Shown here piece after piece: positions 39,641 through 55,194 of a stretch of DNA of 64,000 nt; the stretch's first letter is position 1, and every line of letters begins with the position of its first letter. The notes beneath the pieces are model-generated. The model searched no databases and was not told the origin of the DNA. It saw nothing but the letters and a program-made list of their open reading frames with translations. The translations under genes and the position numbers were made by a program. The stretch comes from Adineta vaga (Eukaryota; Animalia; Rotifera), in the NCBI GenBank assembly GCA_021613535.1, contig CP075494.1, forward strand, positions 11,718,001 through 11,782,000. The letters run 5' to 3'.

Positions 39641-42064
39641 TTATTTCTTTGTAATATTCTCGTTCGTTGATGACACAACATCTACTTTATCTTTCTGTTC
39701 AGAGTTTGTTGCTGACTGATTGTATTTTTGTTGATGCATCAATGATTGAAAACGCGACAGTTCAACCAATGATACACTTTCATTCAGTCGACGAATACTA
39801 TCTTCTTGAAGTAATGATAGTACTACGGATGATTGACCATGTTTCACGTATTTATACAAATGAATCAAACTTCGACCATCGTAATCATTCAAAAGACGAG
39901 ATAGTTGAACAAGTTGATGATCGATCAACCACTGTTGAACTTGTACTTTTGTCCATTCTAGCATTAGATGAGGCTTTGCTGCAGTTGATGGTACTCGAAC
40001 GGATGAAAAAATGGCTGGAATAGAAGTTACACTAGTTGTCTCTTGCTTTGATGGAACAAGTGTAATGTTGGTTCCACGATTATCGTTGGCTCTGAGTTCT
40101 TTCATCAACATTTCCATTGCACGATCAAAGTCATATTTTGTAAAGTCAACATACAATAGTTGACCGATCAGAAATAACAACCAACCATCGGGTTTGTAGT
40201 GCTTTTGCATGAGAACAGGAACAATTTGACGTTGTCGTTGAAATGCATAATGTGCTTCAGCTCGACAAAAGTTACTCTTTCGATATTGTTCACTCATACA
40301 GATGATGATTGTTTGTGATCGATCGATGGCTTGTGCCATTGCATCCATGACATTACCGTGCATTTGATCAAAGTCGATCCATACTCGATAGTTTCGTCGA
40401 ATGAGTTCATCATAGAGCTGTTTACAAAGTACTTTATCTTTGTGCGAATAGCTGATCATGAAATCGAAAGTGTCTTTGGGTGAGATGTCGTCATTGTTAG
40501 GATGATGCTGTTGATTGATCTGGAGATTCCAAAGAATACCAGTGGTTGCTTTTCGTATCTGTTCATCATCAGATTGTTTTGACAAGTGAGATAATTTCTC
40601 GATGAATGTTGAATTGGAAAGAAGTTGTTGTTGAATATCATGATTGAATGAAAGTGCCCAGATAATATCGAAAACAGTTGGATATTGATCAGACATATCA
40701 ATGAATAGTAGAATCTTTTTCGATTTGGCTGTACCCTCTTGAATGAAATCATTTTTGGATAAGTTAAGAAAACCTAGCATGAATTATATATAAACTTCAT
40801 GCATTTATAACAGTTTTCAATATTATTTACCTTTTAGGAAATAAGAAATTGGTATTTGTTTAAATTTCTTTGCGGGATTTTGCCATGCTTGTTCTAACAT
40901 ATTAAAGAATAGAATTTTTATACTATCAGCAATTTTTAGCTCTTTTAAATGTTCTTCTGTGAGTACTTCACTTAATATTCCATATGTGCATAAATATATT
41001 CTGAAATAGACTGGTGTTTCTGCTAATTCCAGAAGAACATTTGGTAATTGTACGATAGAGCGAAAAAACCAATTGATATTATGTGTATGTATAATATTCA
41101 TTAGAAAGAGCAGTACAGAATCCATTAAAATTGTTTCATCATTATACCATTGTCTCATAAGTAGTTTGTAAAATGGTTCATATTCGATAATACGAAATAA
41201 TGCTTGTATGTATTCGCAGAGTACTTTTTCTGTTGAAAATAAATCTTTTATTTTAATTCCTTGACCTCCATCCCACCAAAGAAATGCACGCATAAAACCG
41301 ATCAGATGGGTAATACAAGCAAGTAGCTCTTTACTCCAGAACTCAACAGTAGAACTTTGTACTTGTATCATCTGTAGATATCCATCTGTCATATGTTTCA
41401 AAATCTGTTCTACATTGCAATTGAAAATCGTTGGATTCGTATAAAAATAAGCATTCAATGACAATGGACATGTTTTCATGTAGAATAATTGTTTAGATGT
41501 AAATATCGTTGGTGACAACTGTATTTGACGAAGTTGACTAAGATAAAATTGAAATTTCCTACTAAGAAGAAAATTCTGTCCAATATATTCATTTATATGA
41601 ACAATAATAGGTATTTGTTTTAATTGAGGATATTCATGAACCAAATACGAAAGATTTTCAAACCAATAATTAGCGCAAGTAATGAATGGATGGTTATCAT
41701 CATCAGTTTTCTCAATTCGATCAAATATTGTATTGATTAATTCAATAGATTCAGGAAGGAGAAGTGATATTTTAATCTCATCTTTAATATCATCTTGTTC
41801 AAAAATTAAATTCTTATTAAATAATGCCAAAGTTTCAAAAAGTTTCAAACAATATGGTTGATGAAACCAATCATTCGAACTTTCAGTCAATATTTTCCAT
41901 ATTTTATGTTCTAACCGCACTAATGACTCATTTACTTGTGTAACGAATACCGGTAAAGATTGTTCAACGTGTTGTTTGAAAATCAATGTTAATTGTTGAA
42001 GAACATCAGTACATGCAGAAGATATATTTATTTCAGTAATAAGTTGCTCAAAGGTTGCTTGCAT
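39641..42064 (-). CDS. ARM-like/TIR/SAM protein, copy B (exons 42064-40831, 40773-39641)
   Basis: Same architecture and intron position as copy A. SAM-like WTKVQVQQWL...DGRSL. Confidence 0.85.
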
Positions 42065-42424
42065 GTTTTTGTAGCACGTATTGATTATTTTAAAGCATAG
42101 ATATATACGTTCTTTGTTCGATTAGTTCGATGCGCACGGACAGATACGATCGTATTTTATACACCTACATATTTCCACAATATGTGTCACAATCATTATT
42201 AGTTATTCATGCGTATCTAATTGTTCGATATGGAAATAAGAGACAAAATAGTATGACTCATACTTAGAACAAAGCGGTTTTGTTAGTTGACGAGATTTAA
42301 AAGTAAGATTGTATTATATGCACTGAATCGACATATTCATACATGTGTACGCAAATAAGAAATCATATAGAACAAGAACAGAAGAAAACACAATCGTATA
42401 AAACAAAAATCAGAATTTTATTGA

Positions 42425-43943
42425 CTAATTTGTTGATGCTCGTTTCGCTGTTGGTATTAATGATTGCTGTTGTTGTTGCTGCTGCTGCTGTTGCATCTGA
42501 GTACATTCAGAACAGTACCATTTTCCTTTTGGCGGTGTAATAATACCAACACAAGGATAATGAAACCATTCCCGACGGCATGCCTGATTATCACATGCAA
42601 TCATATCTCCATAACTCATTTCATTACAAAAGCAATATCGGCGTTCATCAATCGTTTGCCCTGGAAAGTTTGATAGAACATTTGCTGAATCAAAACCACC
42701 ATTAGTTTCATCATCGAATAGATTTGGTGATGCTGTTTGGTTTGGTAATTGAAAATAATCAGCTGTTGACGGATTATTCGATTGTAAATTTGATGCTGAT
42801 GATGATTCATCACTATCACTTGGTGGCAGAATATGATGTAATGGATGAGATTGATATGAATCATTAAGAAATGGATTACGTGTTGCACTTCGTTTTCGAT
42901 GTTTGCCAATATTATTAGATGATGATATACCTTGTAGACGTTTTCGACCACGTGTTGATCCAGATGGATTTGATAGAAGACGTTGTGGATGTTGTTTACG
43001 ATTGAATAATGACGAAGAATTAGATGGAAGTAGACCTGTATCATAAAAATGCATTTTGAAAAAGAAAATACAATTGGTAAGTAATCTTACCCGATGATAA
43101 ACGACGAGAATGTGATGACATTAAATAACTTAATGTTGATTGACTTGTATAATCATCATGTATTGAACTGGACATGGTAATATCATCAAGTGGATCAAAG
43201 AATGGTTCCGTATCCAAAAGAGATGGATCGATATTACCTTGAATAAGAGAAAACAATTTATACGTATGATTATATCTTTGATGACATACTATTTTCGCCA
43301 GCCATATTATCATATTCATTGAAACCTTCGCTTGCAAATCCTAGAAGATAGTTTGTACATGATTAATTGTTGATTTTTAAGAAGAAATAAACAAACGTTT
43401 TTCTAATGTTTCTGTTATTCCTGAGTAATCTGCTTCTAATTCCATTTTAAATTTATTTAAATCATTCTCCAATTTTTTATAATAACGTTCAACAATATCA
43501 TGAGAATCATTAGCTAAATTTGCTTTTGCTTGTGTTGCTTTGAATAATTGCTGATGTCTTTCAACAAGTTTATCATATTCAATTTGTTTTTGTTGTTGTG
43601 CAGCTAATTGCTCTGGTGTTAATTGTTGTTCACTGGTTTCAGTCATAGATTCTTCAATCGTACTAGTTAAACGATGTGTATTAATTTTTGATCGTGTTGG
43701 AGAAAGGGAAGATTGCTGTTGATATTGACGATAACTAGTAAGAAATTGTGATGCATCTTCTTCTAATTGAGCAAATTCAGCTTGAATTTTTAAATCATTT
43801 TCACGCATGAGAGTTAATTTTTCACGCATTATTTCTGGTAAAGGATCGAGTACTATCATCAGAAAATATGTATAAATTACAAATAGAATGAGGAAAAATA
43901 TACAATTCAACTTACATTCAAGATAATCTTCGAGATAATGCAT
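42425..43943 (-). CDS. ING3: Inhibitor of growth protein 3 (PHD finger)
   Basis: MHYLEDYLE start, [16 protein letters not shown], and [20 protein letters not shown]...WFHYPCVG...KWYC. Confidence 0.9.
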
Positions 43944-44419
43944 TGTGATTAAAGTAATGTATATTAATTTATAGTTCAATAGGATTGTCTAATCTATTAA
44001 CACAAGATAGATATTAACAAACAATTTATTTATTGTGATTTATTTATCAAAGTAAGAAAGATATTTATCGACTATATTTCAAGAAAACGAGTAAACTGGA
44101 TATGAATGTTCCAAAAAGGGGAAAAATGATATGATCGTGATGTGTCAAAGACATCAAATCGAAATGTTATTGGTATTTTTATTTGCCAATCAGTTAGTTA
44201 CCTATAGCGTCATCTATTTCTATCTCGCGAAAGAAATTGTCATTTTTCTTAATCTAGTTGTAAAAGAATTCAAAATAAAAATCTTAGAATCGAATATTTC
44301 AGAATCATTAGCGACATAATTATGATTCGTTCAATCTCGTAAACACATTTGTTCTCATCGGATTTTGTCTTTTGCATGCAATCAATAGACTACACATCAC
44401 TTAATTGAAAAAAATTCCA

Positions 44420-45481
44420 ATGACTTTAACTATAATTCATCGAACTACTCGCCAAAATCAACACATATTGTTCTCTATTCTTCGTAATTCATCTTCGTCA
44501 TCATCCAGTCAAACAACAAATCGTTGGAAACGTCTTGCTTATCAAATAAGTGGTGGTCTATTAACAGCTGGAACATTAGGTTATACTTGGGCATATTCTC
44601 AAGCTATTCATGCATCCGGTAATAAAGCACATTTAGTTCCTTTACCTTGGTCGTTTAGTGGTCCATTTGATTCTCTTGATCATGCATCTGTTCGTCGTGG
44701 TTTCGAAGTTTACAAGCAAGTTTGTGCTGCTTGTCATTCAATGAAATTTCTTGCCTATCGTCATTTGGTTGGAGTTACACATACAGAAGCAGAAGTAAAA
44801 GCAATTGCTGCGCAAGATCAAATTACTGATGGACCTGATGATCAAGGAAATATGTTTCAAAGACCAGGAAAACTTACGGATTATATGCCATCACCTTATC
44901 CAAATGATAAAGTTTGTCTATTTGAATATTCATATATATATATATATAATACTTTCGAAATGGTTTCTTTTTTAGGCAGCTAAAGCTGGTAATGGAGGTG
45001 CTTTACCACCCGATCTTTCGCTTATTACTCTTGGTAAATTTGAATTATGATAATCATGTTCGAATAATAAATGTTTTCATCGATGTTTTGTTTTGTAGGC
45101 CGTGAAGATGGTTGCAATTATGTGTTCAATTTATTAACTGGCTATCAAGATCAACCTGCTGGTGTTAAAGGTGAACCCGGTTTACATTATAATCCATATT
45201 TTAGTGGTGGTTGGATAGCAATGGCTAAACAATTATATGACGATCAAATCGAATATTCAGATGGCACAAAAGCAACTGAATCGCAATTAGCTAAAGATAT
45301 TACTGAATTTCTTAAATGGTCAGCTGAACGTGATCATGATGATCGTAAAAAATTGGCTATTAAAGCTATTCTTATATTTGTTCCATTGATTGTATTATCT
45401 TATCATTGGAAACGTGTTAAATGGGCTTCACTCAAATCGAGAAAGATTGCTTTCTACAGACCTAAACCAAAAAATGATTAA
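44420..45481 (+). CDS. CYC1: Cytochrome c1, mitochondrial precursor
   Basis: SVRRGFEVYKQVCAACH heme motif, PPDLS, YNPYF.GG.IAM and a C-terminal TM. Two introns. Confidence 0.95.
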
Positions 45482-45702
45482 CTGATATAATACCAGTTTT
45501 CTATATATTTTTTTTCTTTTCTTCCCTTTCCGTAGAAGTAAATTTTGATTCTGTTTCTTTTTGCCTCGTTTAACAAGTCAATCATGGACGAGAGCAATTT
45601 CAGTTTAGTTTTTTTTTTCCATTTTCAACAACAAAGAAAAAAGAAAGAATATATAATACGTGATTCATTTTTCTTTTCATTATGTGTGAATATTTTAGAA
45701 CC

Positions 45703-46712
45703 ATGCCATGGTATTGGCCATTCAAACATAATGATGAAATACATTCATCATTGATTCAAGGTATCAATGATGATACATTATTGTTAATCTTTATCATTGC
45801 TGGTTTGATTGGACTTTGGATTTATTATACAAGGTAAGCATTACCAATTCGAAGTATCGAGATGTATTGATTTTCTTCGATTAGACGACAACGTGCGAAT
45901 ATGATTCATCCAGATAATCGACAAGATGTTGAATTGTTACGACAACGGAGTCAAGATCATGGTGATTCAACGAGTCAGACGAGACGTAGTGGACGATCTC
46001 CACAAGATATATGTCCAATTTGTCTAAATGATCAATCAGTTTTAACTGTTGAAACGAATTGTGGACATTCATTTTGTGGTTTGTAAACTAAAATTTGATT
46101 ATATGTTTTCATATTTCTTTTGTCAATATAGGTAAATGTATAATTGCTTATTGGAAATTTCAATCAAATTGGATGAGTGGATTGAAATGTCCTGTATGTC
46201 GACAATCCGTACGTTTTTATGCATTTTAATTTATCAATTATCATTGAGTAGAGAAACTTTGTTTATAGGTTACAGTGCTTCTCACATGTTTTACTACTGA
46301 AGAACAAGCAACAGCTAATAGTGGTGATCGTCAATTGGTTGTCGCTGATGTAAAAGATTTCAATCGACGATTTTCTGGTGCTCCTCGAACAGTAAATTAT
46401 TTCTATGATATATCTATCTTTCTATAAACTATAACTTTGTTTCTTTTTCAGTGGCTTGAATATTTTCATGATATTCCAGTTTTAATTCCACACATTATTC
46501 GTCAAATTTTTACATCAGAAGGTTTAGCATTGGCTTATCGTCTACGAACGTTCCTTGTACTTGTAACAGTTATCGCATATGTTATCTCACCATTAGATAT
46601 CTTACCGGAAAGTTTATTAGGTATTTTCGGTTTAGTGGATGATTTTCTTATTGTTCTTTGCACAGCTCTCTATTTCGTGATAGCTTTTCGACAAAGTTTA
46701 GCACGTGGATAA
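45703..46712 (+). CDS. RNF170: RING E3 ligase RNF170-like
   Basis: N-terminal TM, C3HC4 RING (CPICL...ETNCGHSFC...CPVCRQ), FNRRFSG.PR and YVISPLDILPE...G.VDD. Confidence 0.9.
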
Positions 46713-47467
46713 ATTTATTCACTTTTTTTTTTATCTAGTGATGTTATTGCTTTTTTTGTAATTTGACATGTTTGGTTTTCTTTATAGACGAGACTTACAT
46801 AAAATGATAGTGTCATTAATAGATATTCTTCATCAATCTGAACTTATTGTTAGCTCGAAATATTTAGTGAGATACGAGAAGGACGTCATGAGAAGAAAAT
46901 CAAAGAGTTCGTTAAAGATCGATTGATTTCAATAATAATGAAATCAAAAAATACATTCATTCTAAAACTATTGAATAAGGACGATATCATTGTATAACAG
47001 CATTATCTAATTTCAGCGAGTAGGTTGCCTTTCGTCCATTGTCAACTAATAATATAACAAATTTAGCAAGATTTCTTTAACGTCTTAGTGCATGTACATG
47101 TCATTATTGTGTGTATCTAAGCTATCATCATAAAACAGCAGAATTTTTTTGCAGTGAAGAATTAAATAATCCTACTGTCGCACGATTAAGTTCATGTATT
47201 GTAGGTAATTATTCAGATAAATAACTTGAAAGTTATTTGATAGAGAAAACAATTGAAATTTTTAAACAAATGAATAAATGTCAAATGATTCTGTCTGATG
47301 ATGTACTCATTGAAAATACTCAAGCTGTTCATTTTATCGAAAAAAAATTATTTTCAACAATCTTTTTAAGTCATAATGGTTACGAATGTAAAGATGGTTT
47401 GATGGGAAGTTGATTTATAAATAAATTGAAATAAAAAGGACAGAAAAATAGAGTTGAAAGTTGCTTT

Positions 47468-48869
47468 TTAAAAGTGTCCCGATGCTGAAGCGACATTTCC
47501 ACAGATATTTTTTGTCGAGATTGTATATGTATCCATACTTGATGCATGATTGGTGTTAACAAGGTTAAATTGAACTGAACAAGAATAATTACCTGGTGGT
47601 AATTGGCCACTTGCAATAAAAAAATAATAGTATATCGCTGAACTATCAGTTGTGTGGTTAAAATCAATTGTTGGGAAGTAACTGCTATATGCGTTCGCAT
47701 AGGTTGGATTATCTGTTAGTGGAACAGTTATTTTCACTGCTAATTCAGTAGTAGTCATATTTGTTTGAAACACAAGTTGTTCATCACAAAAGTAGGCGTT
47801 ACAGGAGTTAATACCAGTGTAGGTTATAAGACCAGGCGCTACTGGAGAATTCGACTAGAACAGAAGACAATGTGTGGGAAAATAAAAAGAAATCGTTTAT
47901 ACTAAAGATGAAGTGCCAGATCCTGATCCAGATGCATTTATACTTGTTCCGGAAGCTAAATTTGAAAAGATTATAGGTAGATAATTTGAAATTACAATTT
48001 CATCTTGCTTACCCGATGTCTTCCAAAGAATGAGAATAGGAACAATGGCAAGTAAACTTAGTAAAAGTCCTAAGAAAACACCAAGTGTTGTATATCGACA
48101 TTGAAGCGATCTATAAAACAAAGAATCTGTCGAAATCATTTGGTAAAACCCGTCGAATATGCAAAATATTTTCTAAAAAATCTTTCTTGAGTTCAAGTGC
48201 TTGATATAAATCTCTGTGTGAATTGCTCGTGATCAGTTTCAAGCAGACATACAAAAATTCAATCAATAAAAGAAGAATACAAATAGTCCTTTCTTATTTG
48301 AAATTAATGTATCAATAGGTTTTCTTCTCCGATTGAAAAGTTCATTTATTTAATAATTCGAACTTCTTTGTTTTGAGTGCAAAATCCAAATGAAACTTTA
48401 CAGTTAAGAGACATTTCTAGCACCAAACATATATCCTAATCGAAACATTTAAAATTGAACAGGATTTCGATGGATGTATGAATAGCTTTTCAACAATCTA
48501 TTGTCACTTACGTTAGACATGATAAGCAGCCTGGTTTCAATGAACTTCGTCGTCTATTTGTTTTCTCAGCATCGTGACGAATCCAATTTTGTGATGGAGA
48601 AGTTGGTGAATCGATAAGACGCGGAGTAGAATGATTTGTTGTTGAAAATATATCTGTTAATGTTCTTTGTGTACCATTTTCTGGCGTCACTTTTCGAAAA
48701 TTATTTGTCAAACCAAGTTTTGCTGTATATTGTTTTAAAGCTAATTCAGCACTTGTAGGACTTTGCTGAGCATGATATCCTACTGATGGTGAAGATGTTT
48801 CATCCTAAAAGATATTTTATTATTCTTCTCATTTCATACAAGCATTGTTTAACTTACCCAGACTGACAT
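47468..48869 (-). CDS. Uncharacterised single-pass membrane protein
   Basis: Exons 48869-48858, 48804-48512 and 48110 onward splice in frame. TM segment LGVFLGLLLSLLAIVPILILW, then a Ser/Gly linker and a small Cys-containing domain. Confidence 0.6.
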
Positions 48870-49137
48870 ATTCGGAAAAAAAATGAAACGACATCATATG
48901 ACAATAAAATATTTATACAATCTTGATTAATGAGATGTACCAGATGATTTTTTACTATGTATTCTTTGTTTATTTATTTTGCTTTTAGTCGAAGATAAAA
49001 AGAATTTTTTTACAAAAAAAAGGGCTGATGTAACTAAATATGAAAAAAAAGTATCGAAGAGTATTTGTCCTCAAATATACATTTTACATTTAAACAGAAA
49101 AGAAGAAGAAGAGAAACTGCAACAAATCTAATTTGTT

Positions 49138-51927
49138 TTAAGAGAAACCATCAGGTGCACCACCTTTACGAATATCACAGTTGGCCCAATATTGGTTTAC
49201 TTCGTCACGCCATTCAATTCCTTGAATGATGGATCCACCATAGGCGCTACATGTTATATTGTGACCACGTTGTTTTAAAAGTTTTAAAATGTTCTAAAGA
49301 GAAACGTTCGGTAGAGTTCTATTAATAGTGCAAAATCTTACATAATCAAAACCCTGTTCAGCCATCACTTCTTGTGGTAATAATTGTGAGTGAAGTCGAG
49401 GAGCATCAACGGCATCTTTGATATTTTCATTGAACCATAGATTAAGCATGGCAACTTGTGCAATACTAGTAGTAATTTTAGTTCCACCACTAGCTCCTAA
49501 AACTTGCTGAACACGTTGATTATGATCTTCAACTAAAATTAAGGGAGACATTGATGACACAGGTCGTTTGCCAGGTGCAATAAAATTAGCTGGACTTGCA
49601 GGAACACCAAAGTAATTGACTGTATTAGGAGTAGAGAAATCGTCCATTTCATTATTATAGATGATTCCTGTTTCTGAACCAATAACTTTTGAACCATAGC
49701 TAAATAAAAAAACTCTTCATTAAAGTTTCAAACATGAAAATTTCCTTTTCATACTAGAGATTGATTGTAGATGTTAGTGCAACAGCATCACCATCAGGTC
49801 CAGTAACAGATATATGAGCTGTACCTGGTTTTACTTTATCAAGCCAGGTTCCACCATAATGTTCAAACCCATATGTTTTATAATCACTAGAAAACGAAGC
49901 ACAAACAAGATAATGAAACACCGGTTGAAATTTGATACATACTGAATTTGTGCTCGAACACTATCAGCATATTCTTTTGAAGTTAGATTTCGGATCAACT
50001 ATAATAGAAACTTGAATTAAAAGTCAATCGATTGATTTATTAAATACTAACATTATCAATATTGATAACTGATGGATCACTAAGTTCACTTCGTTTAGCA
50101 TAGGCAAATTTGAATGCTTCAATAAGTCGATGATAAAATAATGCGGCAGTTCTTGTATCTTTCAAATCGTCTGCATGAACATTATAACCTTGATAGAAAG
50201 AAGAAGAAAAAAAATATATTGATCAAATCGGCAATAAAAATGAAGATGTCTCACCTCGAAGAATATTTAAAATAAACGTCAGAATAGGTCCACTTGATGG
50301 AGCATGTGTAGTAAAAGCAGTTAATGAAGCATTCATTTGAACACTTAAAGCTTCACGAAAATCAACTTGATAATCAGCAAGATCTTGTTTTGTTAGAATT
50401 CCTTGATGACTTCTAATTTCCTTGATAATTTTATCAGCAAGCATACCGGTATAGAAAGTTTCGACACCTTGTCGAGCAATAAGTTCAAGTGTAGCAGCAT
50501 ATTTTGGTCGTTTCATAATATCACCAGCTGCATACAGCTCATTTGTAGCTTTATTTTTAATAAATAATTCTCTAAAGAAAAAAAAGGAAAAGATTAAGTT
50601 TGATATCTCTTAGCACTTTTTAAGGTTACAAACTTTAAAACAGGATCTTCATAAATGAAAGATTCAATTTTTCTTATACCAGCAGCTTGTGATGCACTAA
50701 TAACGAAACCATTTCGACACAATCGAATCGTCGGTTGAAATAGATCACTCCATGAAACACCACCACCAAATTCATCATAAGCTTTTTTATAAGCACGTAA
50801 TTCGCCAGGAACAGCAATAGATAAACCGCCTATAGAAAAGAAAAATTGAATTAATAAATTCATGTTCATCAAAATTATTACCATTCATTGACATATTTTC
50901 TCTGCCAATAAACATAGTCGAATGAGCTGCTAATGGTGCACGTTCTCTCTACAAATATCAATGATTTGATCATATGTCTATTGATAAGTTTTTACTTACT
51001 GCTATAAGACTATATGCTTTATTTCTTTTCCTAGAAATTGAAAAGAAATTATCGTTAGAATTCGAGAAGATCTTGAGGATGAATTTTACTTCGAATAAAT
51101 CAAGATCGTACATCCACCACCGATGCCCATTGAATGTGCATTCATGACACCATTACAGATAGCTGCTGCTAATGCTGCATCCATAGTCGTACCATTTTTC
51201 TCTAATATCTGACGTCCAATTTTTGAACATTCACCATTATCAACAGCTACAGCTGCACGAGCATATTTTCCTAATATAGATGAACCATTGATATGATAAG
51301 TTTCATGGCTGGCGCCACAAAATTCACTATTAACTGTGGGAAAAGCTAAAACAAACACATTTATAATAATACTGAACAATATCATAACAATTAAAGAAAC
51401 AAATTTCAGACTTTTATCTCGACTCAGCCTATCCTGCCTTACACCTTTATCTATTTGCACTCTTTAACTCCAGTTGTTGTTCACATTAATCTATTGAATT
51501 ATAAAAACTTTCTTACGTCCTTGTGAACCATAAGCAAGACCAGCAACGACGCCAGAGATGATCAGGACAGTGAATATAGCAAGAGTAAGAATAACCATTC
51601 GTCGCCTAGATAATAAAAAGATTCATTAATAGAATTCTTTGAATGAAATGTACAAAAAAAAGTTTGGAACTATAATAAACCTTCGTCTTCGAAAGATAGT
51701 TGCTTTTTTGTAAAGTAATACAATATGTGCTCGAACAAGGAATGATCGTAATGATTCACTAAGCATTGTTATAAAGATAAATCCAATAGAACTTAGCTGA
51801 ATTTAACTAACCAATGTAAATTTGAACGTCGGATAGGTACATTGGAATATTCGCTTAAGTTATTATTTGAAGAAGAAGATGAGGACGAAAGTAAGGGTTC
51901 ATGTTGATCTTTTGATATATACATCAT
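49138..51927 (-). CDS. Gamma-glutamyl transpeptidase (GGT1-like)
   Basis: N-terminal TM, HSMGIGGG, IAVPGELR, catalytic GTAHISV, NEMDDFS, PGKRPVSSMSP and GASGG. Confidence 0.92.
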
Positions 51928-53225
51928 AAGAACAGGTAAACAAGTTTTGATTAATTTTTTTATCATTATTTATTATTGATCGTCATAATAAAGGCAATTT
52001 TTTTTGCTAGTATATTCAAACAGCTGACTATACATTCATAAGGCAAGAGGCGTGTTCTCTTCTCTATGTCTGTCTGTGAGTCGAGTAGTTGAAACGAACT
52101 AATCAATCATATGACAATATAGAGGGTGCTAGTCATCAATATGTTGGAACTAGTAGAGAGTCATATGAAACATAAGTAGTGAAGCAATAATTCAATTATT
52201 TGCAAGAACACAGATCTAGGATAAAACTTGGCATTATTTATGAATCTCAATTGACTAATGAGAGTTTCGTAGCATTATGAATTGACATATAACGGATAAG
52301 GATATTGTAATAACTTATTAAATAAATGTTTCAAAGTTCCATATATAAAGAAATTCTTCTCTAATCTTATCAGTTCAATTTTATGTATTCTTAAATCATA
52401 GGCACATAATCGATGAATAAAAAACTTTCGCTACTGTTATCTTTACTTTCAAAGAATGTCTAATCAGTTTATTCTTGAATGAGAAATATCTTGCTAAACA
52501 TAATCTCGTTCCTTTACAAAAAATAAAAATATATTATGTGAATTACCTTATTCTTCTGTTCACGATATCTTACCTCTCAGTAAAGAGTGTTCTCTATTGA
52601 ATGATAGCGTCGTTCACAGCCAGTCAAACTCAGTGACTTTCTAGTAGTTAGAATCAAAGCAATGAAACGATAGAACAACTGTTTATAAATAAAAATGATA
52701 TTTAACGTGTGGGTTCATGCAGTTGCATACTGTTGACATTTTGAAGTTATTTGCTAATTATAAAAGGACGTTCGTGGTTCGCTTGAAGAATACATTATTT
52801 AAATCTTCTATTTGTCAATGGATCAAAATCACGAAGAAAAATAACGACAAAACAAGAGAGAAAGGTTCTTTTCTAATCTCAATTTTGGAAGTACATTCGA
52901 AATCGAAATATAGCCAATCAGATTAAATATGTGAACTTTCCATAGAATTTCTAAAATCATCTCAGAACGTTACAGATAATTATTAAGGCTGCATGAGCAT
53001 CACGATTAAACTTTGTCGTAGTACTTGAAGAGTATTCTACAATACTTTCTCTTTTATTGATTCATAGCAAATGAAAGGAAATAATTTAAATAAGTAGGCA
53101 ATATCTTGTACATGGATAGTTTTCTTAATTACATTTTTGGTACATAATGAGAGGATTTTTATTCGAAAACAAAAAAGCATTCGTGGATGTCAAATAGAAT
53201 CTGTTTGTTTTTCGTATTTTGTGAT

Positions 53226-54578
<1,353 letters not shown>

Positions 54579-55194
54579 ACAGTTATATTACTTGTTTTTT
54601 TTCTCTGTACGATCGTCCGTTAAATAGCAAAAAAAATTCAAACTAACCAAACATTTATTCTATGTCACTATATATATATATATATATATGAGGAAGAATG
54701 GAAGCAGAGAGAATTGAAGAATGAGTATACGAGTTTTTCTCCGACTGACGTCCGCAGTTGTGTTCTCTCCTGCTTTTTCTTTTCTTCATTTTACAACATG
54801 ACGACAGCATATATTTTTCTTCCTGTCAGATTCTCAAGGCTAGCAAAAAATAAACGCTCTATAAAGAAGTTAAATATATAAATTTGAGTAATCGAAATTT
54901 AGATTCAGTTTTCGATTAGATATCAATGAATACAATCGTAGATCTTAAATTTCACTGAGAGTTTTAGCATCTATACAATAATGAATTTTGTATTCCTTTA
55001 TTTTTGATTAATCATGCCGCTGAGTAGACGGTTTATATTATTTAATACGATTTTCGTAAATTAATGATTCCATTAATCTACAATTTAGCTCCTAATAACT
55101 TCGATATAGAAAAACCGTTTTGTTTCACACTTGTGTTAAATTTATTTATAAATATAATGGTGTTAAATAATCAACAAAATCTCTTAGTCATTTT

